Below are positions 9,501-19,121 of a stretch of DNA of 64,000 bases, piece by piece (the stretch's first letter is position 1; every line of letters begins with the position of its first letter). The stretch is taken from contig JAZDMI010000021.1 in assembly GCA_043801155.1 (NCBI GenBank), positions 2,683 to 66,682 on the forward strand, in the 5' to 3' direction. The DNA is from Candidatus Gottesmanbacteria bacterium. Lineage in GTDB: Bacteria; Patescibacteriota; Microgenomatia; JAMCYU01. The position numbers and the translations under genes are program-made. The notes under the pieces were generated by a model. It made no database searches. It was not told where the DNA came from and worked only from the letters and a program-made list of their open reading frames with translations.

Positions 9501-9948
9501 CTCAACCGGTCCTTACTCATTAGTAACCCAACAACCCCTAGGTGGAAAAGCGCAAATGGGTGGACAAAGATTGGGAGAAATGGAAGTTTGGGCATTAGAA
9601 TCCCATCGGGCTGCCTATGTATTACAGGAGATGCTGACTATTAAATCCGATGATGTTGTTGGCCGAGCCCGGGCGTTTGAGGCGATTGTTAAAGGTGTTG
9701 ATATTCCAGCTTCAACTGTACCGGAGTCATTTAAAGTTTTAGTTAAAGAATTACAGGCATTGTCTTTAAATATTGAGCTGACTGGTATTGTTACAACCCC
9801 AGCCGGACCGACGGATGAGGAAAAAGAAAAAGCAGCCTTGGGTCCGACGCTGGAAGCCAAAGAATTGGCAGCGGCTGCGGGTGAAAAAATTATCGCCGAA
9901 GAAAATAATCATACCGAAGTCATAAAAGAGGAAACTCAAAATGGATAA
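6544..9948 (+). CDS. rpoB: DNA-directed RNA polymerase subunit beta
   Basis: 1134 aa with unmistakable RpoB blocks (GKLAGRHGNKGV, NLGQ..EAHLGWA, GGQRLGEMEVWALE). Confidence 0.98.
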   Translation: MTKPKITGRIFWGKETPNLPPIDLTAIQRDSYRWFLEKGIAEALAEISPLEDFTGKNWQLEFGQHLFGKSKYSPPEALEKGVTFDIPLKVETMLTNKQTGEKIRQEVFLGDIPAMTEQGTFIINGIERCIVNQLVRSPGVFFTGGPDSVTGRMLYMAELRPMHGSWLEFNVSRNNVLTVRIDRRRKFPATTFLRAADIFTDEDLVSTFASVDNNPNHKFIETTIEHDSTKGQEEAILEIYRKMRPGEPVVLENAKTFLNNMFFNPRRYDLGKVGRYKLNRKLGLTIPVTPENQVLTKEDIIGAIKYLIKLQNGQPDAEIDDIDHLANRRVRCAGELVATNAFRIGILRLERTIREKMSLAQVSQPLTPSAVVNARPVIASINDFFRTSQLSTILDQTNPLSELDNLRRLTVMGTGGISRERASFSIRDINASQYGRICPVRSPEGPNIGLVTYMALYARVNEYGFLETPYRRIIKKDGKMKVTGEIVYLSADDEQKYYITHASINLGQDGMIVDKRVPVRYHGEFLEVPRESVQFIDLTPRQVVGSSAALIPFISHDEANRALMGTHMQCQAVPLVNPAAPIIGTGMESLVSQALGRVVRARHSGKVIFADAEKVVIKLNKKVKPEDEEKKLNETIKLDGDEEIYFIEKFKRSAQSTCYSQRPLVKTGDKVEDDEIIIDGPATKDGELALGQNLVIAYMSFDGLGFEDAIVISDRLVREDVLTSINIEEYEASVVETKLGPEETTRDIPNVGEEALLNLDQDGVVIIGAEVGPNDILVGKIAPKGETELTAEERLLRAIFGEKAREVRDTSLRMPHGERGIVVAIKVLDKEKGDELEPGTIRKIIIKVAQIRKVVVGDKLAGRHGNKGVISKIVRRSDMPYLPDGTPVDMIISPLSVLSRMNLGQLLEAHLGWAANKLNQKIAIPVFEKIPEEKIIEELKKADLPTSGKTVLYDGRTGEQFSREIVVGIAYVMKLIHMVEDKTHARSTGPYSLVTQQPLGGKAQMGGQRLGEMEVWALESHRAAYVLQEMLTIKSDDVVGRARAFEAIVKGVDIPASTVPESFKVLVKELQALSLNIELTGIVTTPAGPTDEEKEKAALGPTLEAKELAAAAGEKIIAEENNHTEVIKEETQNG

Positions 9949-9981
9949 GTCCAAGTATTCCTTTTTCCTTACCTCATTCAG

Positions 9982-10000
9982 GTCAGCATGTAATGCTGAC
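9982..10000 (+). promoter_or_regulatory. intercistronic hairpin between rpoB and rpoC
   Basis: GTCAGCAT-gta-ATGCTGAC, an 8-bp perfect stem with no T-tract. Confidence 0.3.
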
Positions 10001-10022
10001 ATTCTGAGGGGCGGAATAAAGG

Positions 10023-13000
10023 ATGAAAGGAACAAATAACATGGATAAAGGACAAAACTTAAATCATATTGCCGATTTTTCTGGTTTAAAGGTTACCCTA
10101 GCCTCACCAGCGATTATTAAATCCTGGTCATATGGTGAAGTTACCAAACCAGAAACAATAAATTATCGGACGCTAAAGCCAGAAAAGGATGGTCTTTTTG
10201 ACGAGAGAATTTTTGGTCCAACTAAAGATTGGGAATGTTATTGTGGAAAATATAAACGGATAAGATACCGGGGCATTATTTGTGATAAGTGTGGAGTTGA
10301 AGTTACCCAATCGAAGGTCAGACGGGAAAGAATGGGTCATATTATTTTAGCTTCTCCGGTTGCCCATGTGTGGTTCTTTAAAGGTGCGCCATCAAAACTA
10401 TCATTATTATTAGATATTACCCCTCGGGCTTTAGAAAATATTATTTACTTTGCCTCTTATTTAGTTTTAGATGTTGACGAAGAAGAAAAGAAAAAAGCGC
10501 TACGGACCTTAATTGAAGCAGAAGAAGAAAAGAAAAAAGCGCTACGGGATAAGCTGACGGAAAAACAAAAAGATCTTGAAAGTCAAAGAGCTAAAGAGGT
10601 TAAAGGAATTAAGGACAAGATTAAAAGTAAGGAACAGCAAGATTTGACTGTCAATGAATTTTTGCTAAAAAGCAAACAGGAAGAAGCGTTAGCCAGTGAA
10701 GAACAGGTTAAAGAGATTGACCAAGTTGGAGAGATTTACCGTACCCTAGCCGAATTAATCAGAAGCCAGAAAAGACTATCCCTTTTATCCGAAGACGAAT
10801 TTTTAAAACTTAAAGAATATAATGCTGCTTCATTTCTTAAGGTAGGAATGGGTGCCGAAGCCCTTCTTGATGTTATTGAAAAGATTGATTTGGATAAACT
10901 AGCGGCTGATTTAAGACAGGAAGTACAAAAATCAACCGGCCAAAGGCATATAAAGGCGACTAAAAGATTAAGAGTAGTTGAAGGTTTGAAAAAAGCCAGC
11001 CTGTCACCGTCATGGATGATTATGACGATATTGCCGGTGCTTCCTCCGGATCTGCGGCCGATGGTCCAGCTGACTGGCGGTCGATTTGCCACATCAGACC
11101 TTAATGATTTATATCGTCGGGTTATTAACCGCAATAATCGATTAAAACACTTAATGGATTTAGGAGCTCCGGAAATTATTTTACGAAATGAGAAAAGGAT
11201 GCTTCAGGAAGCAGTCGATTCTTTAATTGATGCAACCCAAAGACCAACCACACGGCCAGCGATACAGATTTTAAGATCACTTTCCGATATGCTTCGTGGG
11301 AAACAAGGTCGTTTCCGTCAAAACCTTTTAGGTAAACGAGTTGATTATTCCGGAAGATCAGTTATTGTTGTTGGGCCAGAATTATCCTTAACTCAATGCG
11401 GATTACCGAAAGAAATTGCCCTGGAAATGTTTAAACCGTTTGTTTTAAGAGAACTTATTACCAGGGGATTAGCACCAAATGTAAAATCAGCTAAAAATGT
11501 TTTGGAAAGAAGACTTCCGGAGGTTTTTGATATTTTAGAAGAAATTACTAAAGATCATCCGGTTCTTTTGAACCGAGCGCCGACACTTCATAAACTAGGT
11601 ATCCAAGCTTTTTATCCGGTGCTGATTGAAGGATCAGCTATTAGAATTCATCCATGTGTTTGCGCCGGATATAATGCCGATTTTGATGGTGATCAAATGG
11701 CTGTCCATATTCCTCTTTCGACCGCTGCTTGTAATGAAGCCGTGAACCTAATGTTACCGATCCATAATCTTTTGAAACCAGCCGATGGTTCGCCGATTAC
11801 CTTGCCTAATAAAGAAATGGCACTAGGTTGTTATTGGTTAACTACATTAATAGATAACGTTGATGATGAAAACCTAAAGGTATTTGCTAATGAAGCGACA
11901 GCTATTTTTGCTTATCAGTCTCAATCCTTGGATTTACGTCAAGCTTTTAAAATACAAATCAACGATAAGCTAATTAAAACCTCGGTTGGAAGAATTTTGT
12001 TTAATGAGATTCTACCGGATAAGCTTCGCTATATTAATGATCCTGTAAGAGCGGCAACGATTAAATCGTTAATTACTCAAGCTCTACGGATTTATCCATC
12101 AACAGAAGTAGCTAAATTAGTCGATTCTTTGAAGGATCTGGGATTCTGGGCCGCGACTCTTTCCGGGGGTGTATCAGTATCTGTTTTTGATTGCAAAGTT
12201 ATTCCGGAAAAGCAAAAAATGATTAATGAAGCCGAAGTGCGGATTACTGAAGTAGAAAATAATTTTCGTGAAGGTTTGATTACCAGTGAAGAAAAAAAGA
12301 GATTATCTAATGAAATTTGGTTGGAAGTGACAGAAAAAATTGCCGGGGAAACGTGGGTGAGATTATTACCCGATAATCCGGTAAAAATAATTATTGAATC
12401 AGGTGGAGCGAGAGCGTCAAAAGATCAACTTAAACAATTAGCCGCGATGAGGGGTTTAGTCGTTGATCCGTTAGGAAAAATTGTCGAACTGCCGACTAAA
12501 TCGAATTTTCGTGAAGGATTATCCATTTTTGAATATGTTACCAGTACTCGAGGTTCACGTAAGGGTTTAACCGATTCAGCCCTGAAGACGGCCGACGCTG
12601 GTTATTTAACCAGACGATTAGTTGATGTTTCACACGATGCCATTATCAGACTTGATGATTGTCATACCAAGGATGGCATTGAGATTAGTCGAACTGATAA
12701 ACGGCAAGCCTCTTTTGTCAGTCGAATTTTAGGAAGAATTCTGGTTGAAAACGTAACTGATCCAAAAACTAAAAAAATCCTGATAAAAAGCGGTGATGAA
12801 ATAAATGAAGATAATATTGGTTTAATCGAAGAATACAGTATTGCTAAAGTGTCAGTTCGTTCTCCATTAACCTGTCAAGCTAAGTATGGTTTGTGTGTTA
12901 CTTGTTATGGTCGCGATTTTAGTACGCGAAAAATGGTAGAGATTGGTACACCGGGCGGGGTTTTAGCAGCTCAATCAATTGGTGAACCGGGAACACAATT

Positions 13001-13751
13001 AACTATGCGGGTTAAACACACCGGAGGGATTGTCGGACTAGATGTTACTCAAGGATTACCAAGGGTCGAAGAGCTTTTTGAAGCAAGAACTCCTAAAGTT
13101 TTATCACCAATAAGTGAAATAAGCGGAAAAGCCCGAGTCGAGGAAACAGCTGACGGTTATAAGATCGTCGTGCGTAGTCGCGGTAAACCAGTAGAGGAAC
13201 GGGAATACATGGTTCCCCTGACCATTGAACTTCGGGTAAATGATGGTGATGAAGTTCTGGCGGGCGAACAGTTGGCAACAGGATTTTTAGATATTAAGGA
13301 AGTATTACAGGTTCGCGGACTGCGAGGAGCACAAAGGTATCTTATTGATGAAGTCCAGGCGGTTTATGAATCACAAGGTATTCCTATTAATGATAAACAT
13401 TTTGAAGTTATTGTCAGGAAAATGAGCGATAAGGTTAAGATTGAATCAGCCGGCGATACAGTCTTATTGCCTGGGGAACTAGTTGATAAAATTCGTTTTG
13501 AAAATGAAAACGGAAAAATATTGGCTGAAGGTGGAGAACCGGCAACCGCTCAAACAGTAGTTTTGGGAATTACCAGAGCTGCACTATATACAGAATCTTG
13601 GTTGTCGGCGGCCTCATTCCAAGAAACAACTAATGTTTTAACTGATGCGGCCATTTTAGGTAAAGAAGATAAATTGATAGGCCTTAAGGAAAATGTTATA
13701 ATCGGTCGCCTAATTCCAACGAGTCCGGACCGGGCCAAGATCGAAAGTTAA
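10023..13751 (+). CDS. rpoC: DNA-directed RNA polymerase subunit beta'
   Basis: Zn-finger [20 protein letters not shown] catalytic motif. 1242 aa. An alternative ATG lies at 10041. Confidence 0.98.
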   Translation: MKGTNNMDKGQNLNHIADFSGLKVTLASPAIIKSWSYGEVTKPETINYRTLKPEKDGLFDERIFGPTKDWECYCGKYKRIRYRGIICDKCGVEVTQSKVRRERMGHIILASPVAHVWFFKGAPSKLSLLLDITPRALENIIYFASYLVLDVDEEEKKKALRTLIEAEEEKKKALRDKLTEKQKDLESQRAKEVKGIKDKIKSKEQQDLTVNEFLLKSKQEEALASEEQVKEIDQVGEIYRTLAELIRSQKRLSLLSEDEFLKLKEYNAASFLKVGMGAEALLDVIEKIDLDKLAADLRQEVQKSTGQRHIKATKRLRVVEGLKKASLSPSWMIMTILPVLPPDLRPMVQLTGGRFATSDLNDLYRRVINRNNRLKHLMDLGAPEIILRNEKRMLQEAVDSLIDATQRPTTRPAIQILRSLSDMLRGKQGRFRQNLLGKRVDYSGRSVIVVGPELSLTQCGLPKEIALEMFKPFVLRELITRGLAPNVKSAKNVLERRLPEVFDILEEITKDHPVLLNRAPTLHKLGIQAFYPVLIEGSAIRIHPCVCAGYNADFDGDQMAVHIPLSTAACNEAVNLMLPIHNLLKPADGSPITLPNKEMALGCYWLTTLIDNVDDENLKVFANEATAIFAYQSQSLDLRQAFKIQINDKLIKTSVGRILFNEILPDKLRYINDPVRAATIKSLITQALRIYPSTEVAKLVDSLKDLGFWAATLSGGVSVSVFDCKVIPEKQKMINEAEVRITEVENNFREGLITSEEKKRLSNEIWLEVTEKIAGETWVRLLPDNPVKIIIESGGARASKDQLKQLAAMRGLVVDPLGKIVELPTKSNFREGLSIFEYVTSTRGSRKGLTDSALKTADAGYLTRRLVDVSHDAIIRLDDCHTKDGIEISRTDKRQASFVSRILGRILVENVTDPKTKKILIKSGDEINEDNIGLIEEYSIAKVSVRSPLTCQAKYGLCVTCYGRDFSTRKMVEIGTPGGVLAAQSIGEPGTQLTMRVKHTGGIVGLDVTQGLPRVEELFEARTPKVLSPISEISGKARVEETADGYKIVVRSRGKPVEEREYMVPLTIELRVNDGDEVLAGEQLATGFLDIKEVLQVRGLRGAQRYLIDEVQAVYESQGIPINDKHFEVIVRKMSDKVKIESAGDTVLLPGELVDKIRFENENGKILAEGGEPATAQTVVLGITRAALYTESWLSAASFQETTNVLTDAAILGKEDKLIGLKENVIIGRLIPTSPDRAKIES
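10479..10547 (+). repeat. perfect 27-bp direct repeat (period 42 nt) inside rpoC
   Basis: GAAGAAGAAAAGAAAAAAGCGCTACGG occurs at 10479-10505 and at 10521-10547. Both copies encode EEEKKKALR. Confidence 0.9.
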
Positions 13752-13757
13752 CAATAT

Positions 13758-14219
13758 ATGCCAACTATTTCACAATTAGTCAGAAAAGGAAGAAAAAAGA
13801 TTGCCGGCAAAGTAAAGGCAACGGCTTTGCGAAAAATTTTTAATCCACGCTTGCGCCGGATAAAAATTGTTTACGGTCCACAAAAGCGGGGAGTTTGTAC
13901 TGTGGTTAAAACCATGACGCCGAAAAAGCCTAATTCAGCCCTGCGTAAAGTTGCTCGGGTAAGGCTTTCTAATAAACAGGAAGTAACGGCCTATATTCCC
14001 GGTATCGGCCATGAACTGGCCGAACATTCGATTGTTTTAGTCAGAGGTGGACGGGTCAAAGACCTTCCCGGAGTAAAATATCATATCATTAGGGGTAAAT
14101 ATGATACCAGCGGAGTAGCTGGCCGAAAACAAGGACGATCCAAATATGGTGCTAAGCTTAAAAGCATGACCGGTCCGGTGGAAAAACCACCACCAGTAGC
14201 AGCCGCACCAACGAGTTAA
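13758..14219 (+). CDS. rpsL: 30S ribosomal protein S12 (with a ~20-aa Pro/Ala-rich C-terminal extension)
   Basis: [12 protein letters not shown]..., [10 protein letters not shown]. Confidence 0.97.
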   Translation: MPTISQLVRKGRKKIAGKVKATALRKIFNPRLRRIKIVYGPQKRGVCTVVKTMTPKKPNSALRKVARVRLSNKQEVTAYIPGIGHELAEHSIVLVRGGRVKDLPGVKYHIIRGKYDTSGVAGRKQGRSKYGAKLKSMTGPVEKPPPVAAAPTS

Positions 14220-14225
14220 AAATTT

Positions 14226-14699
14226 ATGAGAGCAGGACACATAAAAAAAAGAATTATTGAAGCAGATCCACTTTACAACTCGGTTTTAGTCAACCGGTTT
14301 ATTAACCGGGTGATGAAAGATGGTAAAAAAGGTATTGCTCAACGATTAGTTTATGGAGCATTAGAAGATATTAAAAGCAAAGGTAAAGATCCGATTAAAA
14401 CTTTAGAAGATGCCATTGCGAATATTTCGCCGAGAATGGAAGTCAGGCCGCGACGGGTTGGTGGTGCTTCATATCAGGTTCCGAGTGAAGTTCGCGGAGA
14501 CAGACGAATTTCTTTGGCAATTCGCTGGATGATAAATGCGGCTAACAACCGTTCTAATAAAGAATTCCACACTTTTGATAAAAAATTATCTACCGAAATA
14601 ATTGATGCCAGTCAGGGTTTAGGGGAAGCGATTAGGAAAAGAGATCAAATGCAAAAAATGGCTGACGCCAACAGAGCCTTCGCCCACTTCAGGTGGTAA
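14226..14699 (+). CDS. rpsG: 30S ribosomal protein S7
   Basis: Typical S7 blocks (VEVRPRRVGGASYQVP, ANRAFAHFRW). Confidence 0.97.
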   Translation: MRAGHIKKRIIEADPLYNSVLVNRFINRVMKDGKKGIAQRLVYGALEDIKSKGKDPIKTLEDAIANISPRMEVRPRRVGGASYQVPSEVRGDRRISLAIRWMINAANNRSNKEFHTFDKKLSTEIIDASQGLGEAIRKRDQMQKMADANRAFAHFRW

Positions 14700-14725
14700 A
14701 TTAGTCTAATTCATCAAATTGGGAT

Positions 14726-14887
14726 TTATTGTGAAGTATCATATTCTGCAGGTTCAATTAGCGGTCTTTTTCCCTGAGGAGACGGAGAAAAAAATAACGT
14801 CAGTATCATCATGATGACACTAAAAGAAATAATCATTAATGATACAACGATAACTATTTTCTTATTGTTCTCAAAAAATTCGTTCAT
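14726..14887 (-). CDS. hypothetical 53-aa single-pass membrane protein
   Basis: Below the ORF-track length cutoff. ATGA overlap with the stop of the pilin-like gene. Hydrophobic core IVIVVSLMIISFSVIMMILTLFF. Confidence 0.4.
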   Translation of the reverse strand: MNEFFENNKKIVIVVSLMIISFSVIMMILTLFFSPSPQGKRPLIEPAEYDTSQ

Positions 14888-15447
14888 AATTGGAATTCAC
14901 CGGTAACCCAGTCGTATTCGTTTTGCCAATTGCGGCCGGAACAACTCCAGCCTGGACTTTGTGGATGGGGTCGGGCAGTTGTTTCCATTTCTCTTATCCC
15001 TAAAACATAAAAAGTACCTCTAGCTGAAGGGCAACCATAACTGCCGGCAACGTAACGATAATAATTAAGATTATAGCATACTGATGTTCCTCCAAATGGA
15101 TCAGAAGCGTTAATTGAGGGATCGGTGATATTTGTTTTAAGATCACCCGAATCTTGAAGCGTCTTGATAAACGAAATTCCACATCCGGCTACTTCCCAAC
15201 CACCGCAAGGACTAGTACAGGTTGAATTGCCTCCGGAATTAGGCGGCGGGAAATTGCCATTAAGGATGCGATAACTACTTAGTGCTAGTCTTATTTGTGC
15301 TGTAAGTGATAATCTTTGAGCATCACGTGCCTTTTTAATTTTGCTGATCGGATTGATGGCCACCATTAATCCCGTAGATAATATACTTATAACCGCTACG
15401 ACTACTAGTAGTTCTATTAACGTAAATCCATTAGATAACTTGGACAT
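14884..15447 (-). CDS. type IV pilin / pseudopilin-like protein (prepilin N-terminal methylation motif)
   Basis: GFTLIELLVVVAVISIL class III signal peptide. Confidence 0.75.
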   Translation of the reverse strand: MSKLSNGFTLIELLVVVAVISILSTGLMVAINPISKIKKARDAQRLSLTAQIRLALSSYRILNGNFPPPNSGGNSTCTSPCGGWEVAGCGISFIKTLQDSGDLKTNITDPSINASDPFGGTSVCYNLNYYRYVAGSYGCPSARGTFYVLGIREMETTARPHPQSPGWSCSGRNWQNEYDWVTGEFQL

Positions 15448-15475
15448 ATTTTCAGTATATACTATAATTTTATTA

Positions 15476-16567
15476 ATGAAAAGATTTTTTTATACATCCA
15501 TTTTTATCCTTATCTGTTTCGATATGCTGATTATTTTTTATTTGATAAGTATTCAACCTAAAGAAAATCAAAAGAAAATAGTTCCATTACAGGTCAATCT
15601 AAAAAAATCTTTAGAAGTAGATATTACTAATAAAAGTATTAACGTTAGTGATATCTTTAAATATCAAGATCCTGATTTTTCAGGTTATAATCCCAATGAA
15701 ATTGTGCTTTTAGCTACCGGTGATGTAATTCTAGCCAGAAGTGTCAATAGCTTAATGGTTTCGAAAAATAATTTTCTTTATCCATTTGAGAAGACCGCTA
15801 ATTTTTTAAAAAATTCTGACATAACTTTTATAAATCTGGAATCGCCCCTAATTCCCAATTGTGCAACCACAGTCGAAGGTATGGTTTTTTGTGGTAGTGA
15901 GAATGCCGTTGCAGGATTAGTTTTTAGTGGCGTTGACGTAGTCAGCATTGCTAATAACCATATGGCTGATCAAGGAGAGGATGGGATAAATAATACAACT
16001 AATATCCTGATGAAAAATAATATTGCCGTAACTGGTAACGGCAATCCGGCAATCTTAACGGCCAAAGGAAAAAAATTTGGATTTTTAGGGTACAACGATA
16101 TCAGTGAAAGATATGACTTATTGCCTAAGCCAGACGATATTCTTTTACAAAAAGATATTTATAAATTAAAACAAAAAGTGAACTATGTGATTGTTGCTTT
16201 TCATTGGGGGGTTGAATATACAGCCAGTCCTTCAGCCAGACAAGTCGAATTAGCCCATATGGCCATTGATAACGGTGCTGATTTGGTCATCGGTAATCAT
16301 CCTCACTGGGTGCAGGGAATTGAACAATACGAAGGGAAATTAATAACCTATGCCCATGGTAATTTTGTTTTTGACCAAATGTGGTCGCCAGAAACCAGGG
16401 AAGGCGTAATCGGTAAATATGTTTTTGGTAACAATGGTTTAAAGTCTGTTAATTTTTACCCAATCATTATTGAAAATTATGCTCAGCCAAGATTTGCCCA
16501 AAAAGAAGAAGCCGTCAAGATCTTGGAAAAAATGAAAGCCACATCGCCCATAGTCAAATCTCCCTAA
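15476..16567 (+). CDS. CapA/PgsA-family metallophosphatase-like protein (capsule synthesis family)
   Basis: CapA-like blocks (SIANNHMADQG, VAFHWGVEY, GNHPHWVQG). ATG 15476 avoids the overlap with the pilin gene. Confidence 0.65.
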   Translation: MKRFFYTSIFILICFDMLIIFYLISIQPKENQKKIVPLQVNLKKSLEVDITNKSINVSDIFKYQDPDFSGYNPNEIVLLATGDVILARSVNSLMVSKNNFLYPFEKTANFLKNSDITFINLESPLIPNCATTVEGMVFCGSENAVAGLVFSGVDVVSIANNHMADQGEDGINNTTNILMKNNIAVTGNGNPAILTAKGKKFGFLGYNDISERYDLLPKPDDILLQKDIYKLKQKVNYVIVAFHWGVEYTASPSARQVELAHMAIDNGADLVIGNHPHWVQGIEQYEGKLITYAHGNFVFDQMWSPETREGVIGKYVFGNNGLKSVNFYPIIIENYAQPRFAQKEEAVKILEKMKATSPIVKSP

Positions 16568-16586
16568 CTTTGTTACACTTAACTGT

Positions 16587-19028
16587 GTGTATAAAGGACT
16601 TTCAGAAAACGAAACAGCTATTTTAAAAAGTAAATTTGGCGAGAATTCTCTTCCGGCAAAAGAGGCCACCAGTCCGTTAACTATTTTTATCTCTCAATTT
16701 AAAAGCCCACTAATTTATATCCTTTTAATTGTTGCCTTAATTTCTTTTCTATTTGCTCAATACTTTGATAGTCTGTTAATTTTTGCCGTGATATTGATTA
16801 ATGTTCTGATGAGTTTTTTCCAGGAATATAATGCCCAAAAAACCTTAGCCGCTCTTCAACAGGTCCTTAAACCTGAAGTCTTAGTAATAAGAGATGGCCT
16901 AAGAAAGCGTATTGAAGCAAAGTATCTATTACCCGGTGATTTAGTTGTTTTGGGAGCTGGTGATCGGATTCCGGCTGATGGGAAGCTGATTGAAGGGACC
17001 AGTTTCTTGGTTAACGAGGCAATTCTAACAGGAGAAGAAGAAGGAGTTAATAAGACAATCGAGGACAAGAGAAATTTACTTTTTATGGGAACAAGTATTC
17101 TTTTTGGTCAGGGAATTATGGAAGTCATAACGATCGGACAAACTACTCAAGTTGGAAAAATAGGTCAAAGTCTAACCGAGATTAAAGAAGAACCAACACC
17201 TCTTCAGAGACGACTAACACAATTTTCCAAATCTCTGGCTAAAGTTATCCTTGGTTTGTGTTTCTTTATTTTAATTATCGGAGTATTAAGTGGAAAAGAT
17301 TTCTGGATGATGCTTAAAACCTCGATTATATTATCGGTGGCCGCCATTCCCGAAGGATTACCGGTGGCGATTACCGTTATTTTGGTATTAGGCATGAGAA
17401 AAATACTAAAAAAACAGGGATTGGTTAAAAAGTTGCTGTCAATCGAAACTTTAGGTTCAACCTCAGTGATTTGCACTGATAAAACCGGGACACTGACCGA
17501 AGGAAAAATGAAGGTGGTTGAAACCGATTTTGTCGATCAGACCAAAGGAGTTTTAGCTTTAATGTTGGCCAATTATCAAAGGACTAATATCGAAATTGCT
17601 TTTTGGGATCATGCCCAAAGTAAAAAACATTTACTTCCCGCAGAAATTTTAACGTCGTTGACTAAGACATACGAGGAACCTTTTGATAGTGAAAAAAAAT
17701 ATACTCTGGTAATAAATAAAATGGCTGATAAAGAAACAGCCTTTATGGTAGGGGCAGCAGAAATTGTCCTAAATTTTTGCCGGCAAGACTCTTCTTCAAC
17801 AAAAAAAATTATCGCCATGATTGAGGATTGGGCTGACCGCGGATTAAAAGTTGTCGGATTGGCTTTTAAAGAAGACGGTAATTTGAAGGAAAAAAATAAT
17901 TTTTCTTGGCTGGGGCTTGTTGGTATTGAGGATCCCCTCCGGCAGGAAGCAAAAGAAGCGATTATCACAGCCCAAAAGGCCGGAATAAAAATAAAAATCG
18001 TTACCGGCGACTTACGGAAAACGGCTGAAAGAATCGCTAAAAATTTAGATTTACAGTTTTCCCCTGATCAAATTTTAGAAGGCAAGGAATTGGAAACGCT
18101 TACAGATTTAGAAATTAATAAAAGGATTAATAATATCGTTTTGTTTACCCGGGTTACTCCTCATCAAAAGTTAAAGATTGTCGAAATTTTACAGGCACGG
18201 GGTGAAGTGGTGGCGATGACCGGCGATGGGGTTAATGATGCGCCGGCTCTTAAAAAGGCCGATATCGGCGTTGTTGTCGGTACCGGATCGGATGTGGCGA
18301 AAGAAGCCGGAGATCTGATACTTCTGGATAATAATTTTAAAACAATCGTCTCTGCTTGTGAGGAAGGCAGATTGATTATTGCTAATCTGAAAAAAGTTAT
18401 CGGCTATGTTTTATCCAATTCGTTTTCCGAGATTATCTTAATTTTTGGGGCTATTATTACTCAACTACCAACACCATTAACCGTGGTTCAAATTCTTTGG
18501 ATTCATCTTATCTGTGACGGACCGCCGGACATTCTTTTGAGTTTTGAACCAAAAGAAAATGGCTTGATGTTACAAAAACCCAAAGACTTGAAAAACGATA
18601 TTATTCTTAGCCGAACAATGAAAGTGTTGATATTAACCGTCAGTTTGATATCCGGTTTAGGTTCACTGCTTGTTTTCAAATATTTTCTGCAAACCGGAAA
18701 TAATTTAACTATAGCCAGAACGATGATTTTTACCTTTTTATCTTTGGTCAGTCTGGTTTACATTTTTTCCTTTAAAAACCTGCATAAATCAGTTATTAAA
18801 ACTGAGAATTTTTTTGCGAATAAATACCTATTTTTGGGGGTATTGTATGGATTAATCCTAATTTTAGCAGCCGTTTATTTACCCTTTTTTAATCTGATAT
18901 TAGGAACAACTCCTCTTAATATTAAACAATGGTTATTAATCATCAGCCTTAGCTTGGCTATAACCGTAACCATTGAACTATTTAAATTGACCAATATTTT
19001 TCAAGAAAAAATAACCAGGACGGGTTAG
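16587..19028 (+). CDS. P-type cation-transporting ATPase (P2-type, Ca2+/Mg2+-like)
   Basis: ICTDKTGTLT, TGDGVNDAPALKKADIG, PEGLP. GTG start. Confidence 0.9.
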   Translation: MYKGLSENETAILKSKFGENSLPAKEATSPLTIFISQFKSPLIYILLIVALISFLFAQYFDSLLIFAVILINVLMSFFQEYNAQKTLAALQQVLKPEVLVIRDGLRKRIEAKYLLPGDLVVLGAGDRIPADGKLIEGTSFLVNEAILTGEEEGVNKTIEDKRNLLFMGTSILFGQGIMEVITIGQTTQVGKIGQSLTEIKEEPTPLQRRLTQFSKSLAKVILGLCFFILIIGVLSGKDFWMMLKTSIILSVAAIPEGLPVAITVILVLGMRKILKKQGLVKKLLSIETLGSTSVICTDKTGTLTEGKMKVVETDFVDQTKGVLALMLANYQRTNIEIAFWDHAQSKKHLLPAEILTSLTKTYEEPFDSEKKYTLVINKMADKETAFMVGAAEIVLNFCRQDSSSTKKIIAMIEDWADRGLKVVGLAFKEDGNLKEKNNFSWLGLVGIEDPLRQEAKEAIITAQKAGIKIKIVTGDLRKTAERIAKNLDLQFSPDQILEGKELETLTDLEINKRINNIVLFTRVTPHQKLKIVEILQARGEVVAMTGDGVNDAPALKKADIGVVVGTGSDVAKEAGDLILLDNNFKTIVSACEEGRLIIANLKKVIGYVLSNSFSEIILIFGAIITQLPTPLTVVQILWIHLICDGPPDILLSFEPKENGLMLQKPKDLKNDIILSRTMKVLILTVSLISGLGSLLVFKYFLQTGNNLTIARTMIFTFLSLVSLVYIFSFKNLHKSVIKTENFFANKYLFLGVLYGLILILAAVYLPFFNLILGTTPLNIKQWLLIISLSLAITVTIELFKLTNIFQEKITRTG

Positions 19029-19043
19029 TCTAATATTAAAACC

Positions 19044-19072
19044 TTGTATTTGGATATTGGTTTTGTTAAAAT
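19044..19072 (+). promoter_or_regulatory. sigma70-like promoter upstream of fusA
   Basis: TTGTAT-N17-TAAAAT. Confidence 0.45.
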
Positions 19073-19084
19073 CTAACTTAGAGC

Positions 19085-19116
19085 AAAACTGCTTTGCCTT
19101 AGGCAGGCAGTTTTTT
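19085..19116 (+). terminator. terminator-like hairpin plus T6, 6 nt before the fusA ATG
   Basis: AAAACTGC(19085-19092)/GCAGTTTT(19107-19114) with inner TGCC/GGCA, then a T-run to 19116. Confidence 0.45.
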
Positions 19117-19121
19117 ATATT

